Assembly (NCBI GenBank): GCA_965217895.1
Contig: CBDCJV010000002.1
Coordinates: forward strand, 3,872,001-3,936,000
Reading direction: 5' to 3'
Length of the DNA stretch: 64,000 nucleotides
DNA from: Waterburya sp.
GTDB lineage: Bacteria > Cyanobacteriota > Cyanobacteriia > Cyanobacteriales > Xenococcaceae
Part shown: positions 53,636 through 62,172 of the stretch, one piece after another
How the letters are laid out: every line of letters begins with the position of its first letter
How positions within the stretch are numbered: the stretch's first letter is position 1
Notes under the pieces: model-generated
Seen by the model: only the letters and a program-made list of their open reading frames with translations
What the model was told of the DNA's origin: nothing
The model's database searches: none
Made by a program: the position numbers and the translations under genes

Positions 53636-54373
53636 ATGTCTTGGAATAAAAAAAACGTGCAATTTGCGCTGTCTTGCGGTTTACGAGCATCGACAGTCTT
53701 CTTACTACAATGGATACTATGGCGGGCAAAGCGTGGCGAGGTTTGTGAGATTGAAATCGATCTGCGAGTGTTTAATAAATTCATCGAGCGCGATCGCGGT
53801 AGACCTTACGATCGCAAAACGATTAAAGAAGCACTCGCTCAACTAGACGAAAAAACTCAGGGACTGGTTGTAATCACAAAATCTTACACTTGGGCAATCC
53901 ATAAAGTTATCGTTAGACCTCTATCTATGGTGCTACAGCAAAAATCCCAAACTGGGGATAAGTCGCCGAAGCTAAATCGTGGCAACCCTATGTTTAGCGA
54001 TGCTCACAAAGAACGGAGTAGAGAACTACTACTACAGAATATATCTAGATTAGATGCTTTTCTCAAACAGTTAGGCATGAATTACGATCATGGATCGTTA
54101 ATGCGTATCTGGAAATTCTCAGGCAAAAATATGTCTGAGGTTAAAAATGCCGTCGAGTATATGTTTCGTGTCAATAATGAAAAGTTAGAGCATTCTGAGA
54201 GTCTTCATGGTGAATCCAAAGGTATTCGCACGGCTAAAGGTTGGTTGCACGACTGCCTTCGTAAAGGCTGGCATATCTACAATCAGGAGGTAGAACTACC
54301 CTACATTAATGGCGATTATATTCATAGCTTTGTAGATAGCCTCATGGGTAAGATACCAGAATGTCCAACCTAA
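53636..54373 (+). CDS. Putative replication-initiator-like protein
   Basis: Follows cro; wHTH-like YDRKTIKEALAQL; C-terminal IRTAKGWLHDCLRKGW resembling Rep C-termini; function inferred only. Confidence 0.4.
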   Translation: MSWNKKNVQFALSCGLRASTVFLLQWILWRAKRGEVCEIEIDLRVFNKFIERDRGRPYDRKTIKEALAQLDEKTQGLVVITKSYTWAIHKVIVRPLSMVLQQKSQTGDKSPKLNRGNPMFSDAHKERSRELLLQNISRLDAFLKQLGMNYDHGSLMRIWKFSGKNMSEVKNAVEYMFRVNNEKLEHSESLHGESKGIRTAKGWLHDCLRKGWHIYNQEVELPYINGDYIHSFVDSLMGKIPECPT

Positions 54374-54513
54374 TCTCGATAAGATACATAGAATATTTAT
54401 TAAGACATCTGTAATCTATAGGTAAGCAGTTTTGATGGCGAGAGAGGCTCTCGGTCAGAGAGCATCTCTAATCGCCATGTTAACAACTGCTTACCTAACC
54501 TCGGAGCAAAAAA

Positions 54514-54876
54514 ATGACTCAGCAATTGTTACTTTTCGATGGCGAGGGACGCTGCCATGCTGTTAGCGACAGCGATCGCGTGTCGATAACAGAAAATGTT
54601 AGCGACGCTAAGAAGCAAGCCATACAAAGGTATTTAGATTCAGGGGAAAAAGATTATCAGTGCTGTGTAACTAAATACAGTCCTGGTCGTAGAAAAACAG
54701 AATACTATCGCTTGTCCTACCGCATTAGTAAGCGACGAATAAAGCATATTCATATTCGTGGAGGGAGTACTATTGCAGAATTGGCAACCTACCGAGCTAA
54801 AAATTTACAGGCAATGATTGATCGCGGTGCGGAACTGGCTGAGGTGATTGCAGCAGTTAAAACTTTTAATAATTGA
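54514..54876 (+). CDS. Element hypothetical basic protein
   Basis: GGAG Shine-Dalgarno; YYRLSYR..IKHIHIRGG motif recalled from cyanobacterial plasmid/phage proteins. Confidence 0.6.
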   Translation: MTQQLLLFDGEGRCHAVSDSDRVSITENVSDAKKQAIQRYLDSGEKDYQCCVTKYSPGRRKTEYYRLSYRISKRRIKHIHIRGGSTIAELATYRAKNLQAMIDRGAELAEVIAAVKTFNN

Positions 54877-54879
54877 TAT

Positions 54880-55464
54880 TTAGACCGTAAGAGTGGCAAT
54901 CGCGCGTTTACACATTACGGGATCTTCATCGAGATATTTTCTAACCGTAGCCACATCAATTGCCATAGTTTCGGCAATGATGCTAATTTCTGTACCATTT
55001 TTCCGTAGCTGATTAATTACCCAACGGCGAGAGCTGTGAGTTGAAAAGCCACTGTAGCCATAGTCATTAAAAATCTTACGCCAATAATCATCAACAGCAC
55101 GGGTGGTTATGTGTCCCGTGCGCGATCGCTCTGATGGAAAAAGGTATCCTTGCTTTGGTTCGTGGTTGTGGTATTGCTCGAGATGATGCCTAAGATCGTC
55201 ATGAACAAAAATTTGCCGAGTATCAGCTCGCCCGTGCTTTGATGACTTGCGTGTGGCACTACCAAAGGTAATGTATTCATTTACTCTACCATTGCTTTTG
55301 TACACATCACTAACCTTGAGCTGTACGATTGCGCCAATTCTTTCCCCTGTAAATAAACCAATTTCAAAAATTAGCCTTTGATGGGGAATCCCCAGACGCG
55401 ATCGCATTTGACGAATAACGGTACTTGTCCAAATCGCAGCCTTACCCTGACGATTATTTTTCAT
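54880..55464 (-). CDS. Short tyrosine recombinase (catalytic domain only; resolvase/invertase-like)
   Basis: TGERIG (R), TRK (K), THSSRR (HxxR), VRKY (Y); start reassigned to MKNNRQGKA at 55464. Confidence 0.85.
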   Translation of the reverse strand: MKNNRQGKAAIWTSTVIRQMRSRLGIPHQRLIFEIGLFTGERIGAIVQLKVSDVYKSNGRVNEYITFGSATRKSSKHGRADTRQIFVHDDLRHHLEQYHNHEPKQGYLFPSERSRTGHITTRAVDDYWRKIFNDYGYSGFSTHSSRRWVINQLRKNGTEISIIAETMAIDVATVRKYLDEDPVMCKRAIATLTV

Positions 55465-55578
55465 AAAATATAACTTCCGAATTAATAGAATAATTCCCAT
55501 TAATTCAGAAGTAGTTAACAAATAGAAATTCATATAATTGACTCAATCCTAGACTGTGGGTTGATTTACGACTACCGC

Positions 55579-55612
55579 AAAACTTCTTATTCTATGTAGA
55601 ATAAGAAGTTTT
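55579..55612. other. Perfect 16-bp-arm palindrome (terminator or protein-binding site)
   Basis: AAAACTTCTTATTCTA-TG-TAGAATAAGAAGTTTT followed by Ts. Confidence 0.7.
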
Positions 55613-55663
55613 TTTATTAGTGGAAACTGGGAAAAATGTAAATACAATTACAATTAATTAGCC

Positions 55664-55972
55664 ATGACTCAAATTAATATTGCTACCGATATTCCAAGTC
55701 AAATCAACACCTTAGAACGCCTGGCTATGTGGTCGTGTATGGCATTGAGAAGAGTAAATCCAACTTTAGCAGTCATTGAAATCGCCGACCAGACAGCCGA
55801 AAAGGTAGCGCAAACCGCTTTGGTGCAGGCTGATGATGGAAAAATTAGGTTTATTGGCAGATTGAGCCTGGAAGTAGCAGCCGACTATGCAGAAGACAAT
55901 ACGGCAAAACTCTGGACGAAAGCACTGGAGTTTAGCAATACTCAGCTACCCGCAGCCTACAAAGCAAACTAA
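55664..55972 (+). CDS. Putative virion protein (102 aa)
   Basis: First gene of the rightward late-like module; TAATG-coupled to the next ORF. Confidence 0.55.
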   Translation: MTQINIATDIPSQINTLERLAMWSCMALRRVNPTLAVIEIADQTAEKVAQTALVQADDGKIRFIGRLSLEVAADYAEDNTAKLWTKALEFSNTQLPAAYKAN

Positions 55973-58092
55973 TGGGCATTTATTCAAAATTTGTCAAAAC
56001 ACCTGGGGGGCAAACTAGATTTGTCGTCACGACTGAACCCCCTAGTATTTACGAAAGCTTTAGAAGCCCCGTTCCTCAACCGCCTAAGTTTCCTAAAATT
56101 CCCAATTTGATTAAAGGAGCGGGAAGATTTCTGACAGTCCCCGCTCTAGTTCTTACCGATTTTTTCTTTAATAACGAACCCTTGAGTGACGGGACTGTTC
56201 CTGACTGGATCAAAGACCCTGGGGAAAAGCAGGAAATTGGTGAAGGCGTACCTAATTCTGTCGGTATTCCAGGCAAGCAGTACAAAATCAAATTTCGCTA
56301 TGATCCTGGTGGGGAATACGGCATAAGAGAAGGAATCCATGGCTTGCCCTCAGACTTATACGCTCCGTTCAGCAGCATTGTATTTAGCTTTACTGATAAC
56401 AACCAAGGAACATATAGGGAAGGTTTTCCAAAACTTTACGGACAAGGCACTCAATACAGTGCTGGAGGTCATTTCTTGGTAAATATAGTTGGTATGAACC
56501 GTAGTGGGCAAGGACAGATTAGTCGCCAAGTTAGTCTCCCAGCGGATACGGTAAGAAATCTTAGAGGATTTATTGAGTTTTTAGCTTTAATACCAGTTGA
56601 TGACTCACCCCCTCTACCTTCAACAAAGGACACTACTGAGAACACCTGGGATGCAGGTCGAGCATTAATTGATACTCTATCGGCTGAAGAATGGCAGTTT
56701 TCAGGCTTTAGTAAGCTACCTGGCTTTGGTAACAACAAATATCCCCAGATTGACTTTATCCCCCTGCCAACTATGTCCAATAAACTTGGGATAGTACCTA
56801 CTCCTACACCTGTTCCTATACCCGAACCCGAACCAAAGCCAGAAATAAAGCCAGAAATTAATGGCGGCACTAAAGAGATAATCGAACAAAAACAAGGACA
56901 AAAGAATGAATACCCCGATCTCATTCCTGGCAAAAAATACATCAAGAGAATTACGACCAAAGATTCAGATGGAAAAATTATTAAGATTACTGTAAATCCT
57001 TCTGAAATATTAAACCCAACACCTGCACCAGTTCCCGACCCCAAGCCAGTAAAAATTACCAAGACTCCCGACCCCGAGCCTAAAAACAATATTATTATTT
57101 TTACTCCTACTCCTGTTCCACCCCCTTCGATTAAGCAAGAAAAAATTACAGATAACGACCCCAAGCCTCTACCCCCGCCGATTATTCCTCCCGTTAAACC
57201 TCCTAATCAAACTAAGGTAGATGACTGTGCGGGAAAATGTGGAGGACTAACGCCAGGTCAAGCCAACAAGCTTAATAGCTTAAATAATTTAGTTTTACCC
57301 GCCGAACTTGTCGATCTAGCACTGCTTAAGGTCATCAATACAAAGCTGGGCGGCCAAATCGCTAATGGCGGGATTAGCAGCGGTTTGAGAAACATGACTA
57401 AATCTTTAGCCGTCGACCGCTGGCTAAATCTTTTAAATACAGCTCTGTTATTTCATAACGCCTTTATGCTCGGATCGAGTGTGGTCGATGTTGTAGTGCA
57501 AATCTTTGATAATGTCCTTAATACAATTGGCTTTAGATTCAAAGATGTTGACGGCGAGGAAATTAGCTTTGGTTCGGTTGTTTCTAACTCAGTTAAAACA
57601 GTGGTTACTAACATTATTGGCAAGCAGACCTATTCGGCTTTGACTAGTGCCTTTATCAAGGGCAATCGTATTTTAAACAGTGCTAGTAATCTACTCTCTA
57701 ATATGCGCTCTATTATTGATTCGACTCAAGATATAGCCGAAACAACGGGCGAAAACGTTTCAGCTATCGGTAACGCCCTCAAAAAAGCAGGAGCGGTGAG
57801 AGAAAACGCCTATAGCTTTATGCCCGAACAATTTGATAACCCCAGCCGTATTTTAAACCGACTAGAAAAGATACAGGATGCTGCAAGCACGTTAGAAGAC
57901 ATTACCAGTGAAGCTCAAGATATCTCAGAAGATATTAAAGAACTTCAGGACAACAAAAAAGAATTTGACGATGCCTTAAAAGACGCAAAAGATTATAGAA
58001 ACAAAGGCGAGGAGGAATTGAAAAAACAGGCAACTAGCGCGCCAGATCCGACCGAAAAAGATGAAGAGAGGGGAATAGATGACAAAAAATAG
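55972..58092 (+). CDS. 706-aa Pro-rich protein with C-terminal amphipathic/coiled-coil region; putative virion adsorption or entry protein
   Basis: PTPVP/PEPKP-rich linker; helical C-terminal third; function inferred. Confidence 0.55.
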   Translation: MGIYSKFVKTPGGQTRFVVTTEPPSIYESFRSPVPQPPKFPKIPNLIKGAGRFLTVPALVLTDFFFNNEPLSDGTVPDWIKDPGEKQEIGEGVPNSVGIPGKQYKIKFRYDPGGEYGIREGIHGLPSDLYAPFSSIVFSFTDNNQGTYREGFPKLYGQGTQYSAGGHFLVNIVGMNRSGQGQISRQVSLPADTVRNLRGFIEFLALIPVDDSPPLPSTKDTTENTWDAGRALIDTLSAEEWQFSGFSKLPGFGNNKYPQIDFIPLPTMSNKLGIVPTPTPVPIPEPEPKPEIKPEINGGTKEIIEQKQGQKNEYPDLIPGKKYIKRITTKDSDGKIIKITVNPSEILNPTPAPVPDPKPVKITKTPDPEPKNNIIIFTPTPVPPPSIKQEKITDNDPKPLPPPIIPPVKPPNQTKVDDCAGKCGGLTPGQANKLNSLNNLVLPAELVDLALLKVINTKLGGQIANGGISSGLRNMTKSLAVDRWLNLLNTALLFHNAFMLGSSVVDVVVQIFDNVLNTIGFRFKDVDGEEISFGSVVSNSVKTVVTNIIGKQTYSALTSAFIKGNRILNSASNLLSNMRSIIDSTQDIAETTGENVSAIGNALKKAGAVRENAYSFMPEQFDNPSRILNRLEKIQDAASTLEDITSEAQDISEDIKELQDNKKEFDDALKDAKDYRNKGEEELKKQATSAPDPTEKDEERGIDDKK

Positions 58093-58744
58093 ACCTAAGT
58101 TACAAGTTGACCCCTACAGTTGGGAATTTACCCAGAAAATAATTCGTATTGGGCATAATCGACGTGTTAAGGCTTATTTTAAAGATACTCAACCCGACAC
58201 GGGTAAAGCCACGGGTAGACAAGTAATAAAAACCTCATTACTGATTCGTGACGAAGACTCAGCACAAGAGTCAATTAGCAAAATGATTTATTTTTCTAGC
58301 TACCTAGAAAATGAATATGTAACCGCTTATCCCGATAGCTGGCAGATCAAAAAAGGTATAGATATACCACAATTAGCTATTATTTACCGCGATAAAGATA
58401 AACGTAATAGATCAGGAAACTACACAATTTATATTCCTCACTTTAACGGCACGAAAAATATCAAAATTCCCAGCTATAAGAAGGGAGACGTTATGGCTAG
58501 ATGGATCTTAAAAGATAATACCCGTCTAGTAATTTACGCTCGAACAGAAGTTGAAGCAAAAAGGGTGATTAAGGTTCTAGAAAGATATGTAGAAAGTAAA
58601 TTTAGAACTCAAGAAACACCCTGGTTGACCTTCACTCATTTATCTAAAGGAACTATCAAGAAAATAGAAGTACGTCCGATTTATGCCAATTATTATCCCG
58701 AAGGCAAAGAAAATTCTTTGGCTAAATGGCGTGCATATCTCTAA
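58079..58744 (+). CDS. Element hypothetical basic protein (221 aa)
   Basis: Overlaps previous stop; GAGGGG Shine-Dalgarno. Confidence 0.65.
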   Translation: MTKNRPKLQVDPYSWEFTQKIIRIGHNRRVKAYFKDTQPDTGKATGRQVIKTSLLIRDEDSAQESISKMIYFSSYLENEYVTAYPDSWQIKKGIDIPQLAIIYRDKDKRNRSGNYTIYIPHFNGTKNIKIPSYKKGDVMARWILKDNTRLVIYARTEVEAKRVIKVLERYVESKFRTQETPWLTFTHLSKGTIKKIEVRPIYANYYPEGKENSLAKWRAYL

Positions 58745-58882
58745 GCCAGATAATCTCTAATATATCTAGATATACTCGCGCACATTAATGTACGCGGATA
58801 GACACCCCTTGATGTTGCTTAAGTTTAAAGCCATAAATGTATTAGGCAAAAAACACATTAATTACATTTTGGAGTAAAGAAT

Positions 58883-59113
58883 ATGGCTGCACCTATCGAT
58901 TTATCTACCTCACCCTCATTAGAACAACAGGCTTATGAGATTGGCCTTGCACTAGTTAAAGCAGAAGCTGCCATTGTAGATAATCCCCCAAATAACGCTC
59001 AGGTTTCTTTTGATACTGAAGCTAATACAGTTGCGATCGCCATTAGTTTAAATACAACTTTGTCAGTTACTAACGGTAACGCCGTAATTGCTGCCAAACC
59101 TTATTTAATCTAG
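58883..59113 (+). CDS. Putative small virion protein (76 aa)
   Basis: GGAG Shine-Dalgarno; Ala-rich; helix followed by beta strands. Confidence 0.6.
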   Translation: MAAPIDLSTSPSLEQQAYEIGLALVKAEAAIVDNPPNNAQVSFDTEANTVAIAISLNTTLSVTNGNAVIAAKPYLI

Positions 59114-59165
59114 TTAATTATTTAGCTATTAATTAAGAATTTCAATACAAATGAGAGCATAAATT

Positions 59166-59633
59166 ATGGCAAAGATCGGCCCAATAAAAGGAGTACGAGT
59201 TCCCGTCCTTCTTCCCTGGAAGGGAGCGGCATCTGAAGACAAGCAGTTTGCATCAATAAAAAAGCCTATAGTTGAATATTTAAAGCTAGAAATAGCAAAG
59301 GAAAAAGATATAACTTATAAAGGTGAGATTCGCTATAAAAAACGTGATTCTAATGGCAAACCAACGGGTAATTTATTAACTAAAAAAGTTAACAAAACAC
59401 GCCGTCCTGGATTTAAACAACGCTCAATCAAAGTTATTTTTGGTGATAGAAACACAGGCGGACGCAAAACAGTTGCAATTGGTAAGGCAAGGCGTAGTAG
59501 TTTTGATTTCCCCGTCACAAAATCCATTCTAATACATGACATTAGGAAGGAGTTTATGACAGGCAAATGGAAAAATTTGCCAGTAGTACGAATAATTGAC
59601 ACTTCTACAGGACAAGGTTATTCAATCTATTAA
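59166..59633 (+). CDS. Highly basic hypothetical protein (possibly nucleic-acid-binding)
   Basis: 155 aa, very K/R-rich. Confidence 0.6.
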   Translation: MAKIGPIKGVRVPVLLPWKGAASEDKQFASIKKPIVEYLKLEIAKEKDITYKGEIRYKKRDSNGKPTGNLLTKKVNKTRRPGFKQRSIKVIFGDRNTGGRKTVAIGKARRSSFDFPVTKSILIHDIRKEFMTGKWKNLPVVRIIDTSTGQGYSIY

Positions 59634-59643
59634 AGTTTGCTAA

Positions 59644-60099
59644 ATGACTTTACAAATAACGCCAGAAGCTAGCAACGTCTGGCGTTTAAAAACAACTCTT
59701 TACAAAAAGGCTGTAAGCACTGGAAATCAAAAGGCTTTTATTGGTTCATTTGATACAGGACAAACCTATATTTCGCAGTTTATTGCAGTAGGAATTACGG
59801 TAAATAATTCTAAGGACAATTGGCGGTATGGAGGCTATTTGTCCCAAGAATTAAAGTTTACCTGTAATGGCTATAACCATAACAATAAAGCGTTTAATAA
59901 AAGCAGCGATCTATTAGTTAATGATGTATCAATTATAAACTTACCTTTACTATCAGATAACACCTATAGATTAAGGTATTTTCCGCCTACATACTTTCCT
60001 GACGTAAGGATTCAAATCTGGGAATATCAGGGCAAGAAAATTAATTTGTTAGACGAGCAGTTAAAGATTATTGAGCAGAAAATAGAGCAATTATATTAA
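59644..60099 (+). CDS. Putative beta-rich virion protein, paralog of the next gene
   Basis: Shares W..GG.L.Q and I.IWEYQG with 60099-60749. Confidence 0.6.
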   Translation: MTLQITPEASNVWRLKTTLYKKAVSTGNQKAFIGSFDTGQTYISQFIAVGITVNNSKDNWRYGGYLSQELKFTCNGYNHNNKAFNKSSDLLVNDVSIINLPLLSDNTYRLRYFPPTYFPDVRIQIWEYQGKKINLLDEQLKIIEQKIEQLY

Positions 60100-60749
60100 T
60101 GGCTTTACAGGTAACTAATGATGACTGGATTCTAAAGATTGATACACAAATTAAATTTAATTTAAACGGTCAATCATTGGGCAGCTTTACAGGCAAGTTT
60201 GTAATTGTTTCTGTTATTTCTGCTGTTGCTGGCGATGTCTGGAATAAAGGTGGAGTTTTACGGCAGGGCATAAACACATTAGCAGGTTTAGCTTTGGGTG
60301 AACCTAAAGAACTGCTTTTAAGAGATTTAAATTTACTTACCTTTGAGCCTTTATCGGGTCTTAGCTACGAGCTATTTTACTTTTCACTTAATCGACTAGA
60401 AACTACAAACATTAAAATTTGGGAGTATCAAGGAATGCCTTTATATACACAAGATGCGTCAACACCAGTAGCAACTACAGCTACAGTAAGTACTGCTACG
60501 GCTGATAATGCCAGCGCGCCTAAATCAATTTTGGCAGCTAATACCAACCGCAAAAGCTTTTCGATTAGAAACAAAGGTACAAAGTCATGCTATCTAGGTT
60601 TTGCTAATAACTTTAACGCGGGTAATGCTTATTTGACCTTAGCTGCTGGAGCAAGTTACGTAGCTGATAACAGCTATGCAGGCGAAATTTGGGCGTTGGC
60701 GATCGCTAACAATAACTTTACTGATTTAGTAGTAACGGAATTTGTTTAA
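60099..60749 (+). CDS. Putative two-domain beta-rich virion protein
   Basis: N-domain paralogous to the previous gene; Thr/Ala linker; C-domain AANTNRKSFSIRN..YLGF..L.AG.SY. Confidence 0.6.
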   Translation: MALQVTNDDWILKIDTQIKFNLNGQSLGSFTGKFVIVSVISAVAGDVWNKGGVLRQGINTLAGLALGEPKELLLRDLNLLTFEPLSGLSYELFYFSLNRLETTNIKIWEYQGMPLYTQDASTPVATTATVSTATADNASAPKSILAANTNRKSFSIRNKGTKSCYLGFANNFNAGNAYLTLAAGASYVADNSYAGEIWALAIANNNFTDLVVTEFV

Positions 60750-60753
60750 TGCC

Positions 60754-61377
60754 ATGAGCCAGTCAATTGAGCAGCAAAGGGCTAAAGCAATACGAGCAAT
60801 AGTGCAAATTCAGGGAGCAACTGACTATTTACCAGTTGATTATTTGATTGACCAACAAGCCAGACTAGTATTAAATTTACCGCCTCGACCTGAAGGAGCA
60901 AGACCATATACAACTTGGATGATAGGTTTAGGGGAATCTCAAGTTAAAAAAAAACTATCGCAGACAGGAATTAATTTAATTAAACGTTGGGAAGGCTTAA
61001 GAACCAATGCTTATCTTTGTCCTGCTGGTGTCTGGACTATTGGTTATGGTCATACAAAAAACGTAAGGCAAGGAATGATGATTAGCCATCAAAAAGCTGA
61101 AGAGTTACTGCTTGAAGATCTTTTAATCTATGAAGAGGCTATCGAACGTTTAGTACAAGTACCTCTAAATCAAAATGAATTTGACGCTTTGGTGAGCTTT
61201 ACTTTCAACGTTGGTATAGGTGCATTTAGCAAATCTAGTTTACTGCAGATTTTAAATACAGGTGATTATCAAGACGCTGCTAGACAGTTTTCTCGTTGGG
61301 TAAGAGGCGGTGGGCAAAAGTTACCTGGTTTAGTTAGTCGCCGAAAAGATGAATACAATTTATTTACCAAAGAATGA
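60754..61377 (+). CDS. GH24 phage-type lysozyme (endolysin) with N-terminal extension
   Basis: GINLIKRWEGLRTNAYLCPAGVWTIGYGHT, NQNEFDALVSFTFNVG, LPGLVSRRKDE. Confidence 0.92.
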   Translation: MSQSIEQQRAKAIRAIVQIQGATDYLPVDYLIDQQARLVLNLPPRPEGARPYTTWMIGLGESQVKKKLSQTGINLIKRWEGLRTNAYLCPAGVWTIGYGHTKNVRQGMMISHQKAEELLLEDLLIYEEAIERLVQVPLNQNEFDALVSFTFNVGIGAFSKSSLLQILNTGDYQDAARQFSRWVRGGGQKLPGLVSRRKDEYNLFTKE

Positions 61378-61775
61378 TTACTAAAGGTTTTTCTCGACTG
61401 CCTCCACTTTCGCTAAATTTGCTTTCTGGGGGTGCTTTTATTTTTATTGTCTGTTTGGGTATACGGGTTGCACGCGCTCCTGAAGTTGGCTTAAAAGTAG
61501 CTAATACGCAGCTTGTTATTGGTAGCAGTGCAACCAAGCTGTCTGAAGTAGCAGCCAAATTAGAATCTCAAGCTGAAATTATTAGACAAAAAGATGAGGC
61601 TTATGCTCAACTACATCAGGTGTATGAGGAAAGCCTCAAGGGCGTTGATGGTTATGGCAAGTTACAAAACGCCATTGAAGGAATAAACAAATTACCAGAA
61701 ACTCAGAATATAGGTGATATTCAATCAGAAATTTCGGCAACTGGCAAAATTATCGACCGAATAACACCTAATTAA
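61374..61775 (+). CDS. Membrane-anchored coiled-coil protein (spanin/holin-like accessory lysis candidate)
   Basis: ATGA overlap with the lysozyme stop; N-terminal TM helix then coiled coil. Confidence 0.5.
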   Translation: MITKGFSRLPPLSLNLLSGGAFIFIVCLGIRVARAPEVGLKVANTQLVIGSSATKLSEVAAKLESQAEIIRQKDEAYAQLHQVYEESLKGVDGYGKLQNAIEGINKLPETQNIGDIQSEISATGKIIDRITPN

Positions 61776-61858
61776 TTTCTGTGGGGTTTTACTTTAGCTT
61801 ATTTTTTTCATTTCTCAGTTAGGAATTTTAGAGATAATGTCTTTAATTTAAATTGATA

Positions 61859-62140
61859 TCAAAGTAAATCAGCGATCGCCTGTTCTAACTCTGACTGCTC
61901 TAGGGTACTAAGGACAAATACTTCTTGCACTGTTTTTCCTTGACGGGCAATAATTTTATAGCCACCGCGAATAGGAACAGATATCTTCAGCTTCATTTTG
62001 GGTATATGGCTTCTGGTCTTTTTGATTCTGCCTGGAGTAATGGTGGTGATTCCCTCACACTTAACTAACTTTTCTAAGATAGGAATTAAACCAGCCAGAT
62101 GAGTTGAGTGATTCCAGACTAACCGACCATCAGAAGACAT
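61859..62140 (-). CDS. DUF2103-family protein
   Basis: GRLVWNHSTHLAGLIPILEKL..ITPG..ARQGKTVQEVF. Confidence 0.8.
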   Translation of the reverse strand: MSSDGRLVWNHSTHLAGLIPILEKLVKCEGITTITPGRIKKTRSHIPKMKLKISVPIRGGYKIIARQGKTVQEVFVLSTLEQSELEQAIADLL

Positions 62141-62172
62141 AATCTTTACTTGCTATTATTTACTAATTAATT

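Larger units (their letters stand above)
50297..61869. mobile_element. ~11.6-kb integrated small prophage-like element
   Basis: Interrupts a minus-strand host run (clpS, DUF2103 | NINE, comEA-like). Imperfect direct repeat ATTAAGGTAAAT (50291-50302) / ATCAAAGTAAAT (61858-61869). Contains two recombinases, an XRE regulator, a lysozyme and many ORFans. Confidence 0.8.

Noticed and set aside
55465..55533. Longer start for the tyrosine recombinase
   Set aside because: MKNNRQGKA at 55464 resembles the usual start of this cyanobacterial family; the upstream part is AT-rich and looks non-coding
56469..57164. 231-aa Gly-rich antisense ORF
   Set aside because: Mirror of the Pro-rich codons of the 706-aa gene
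55972..58744. Assignment of the element to Inoviridae
   Set aside because: No Zot/pI ATPase or single-TM major coat recognised, and an endolysin is present
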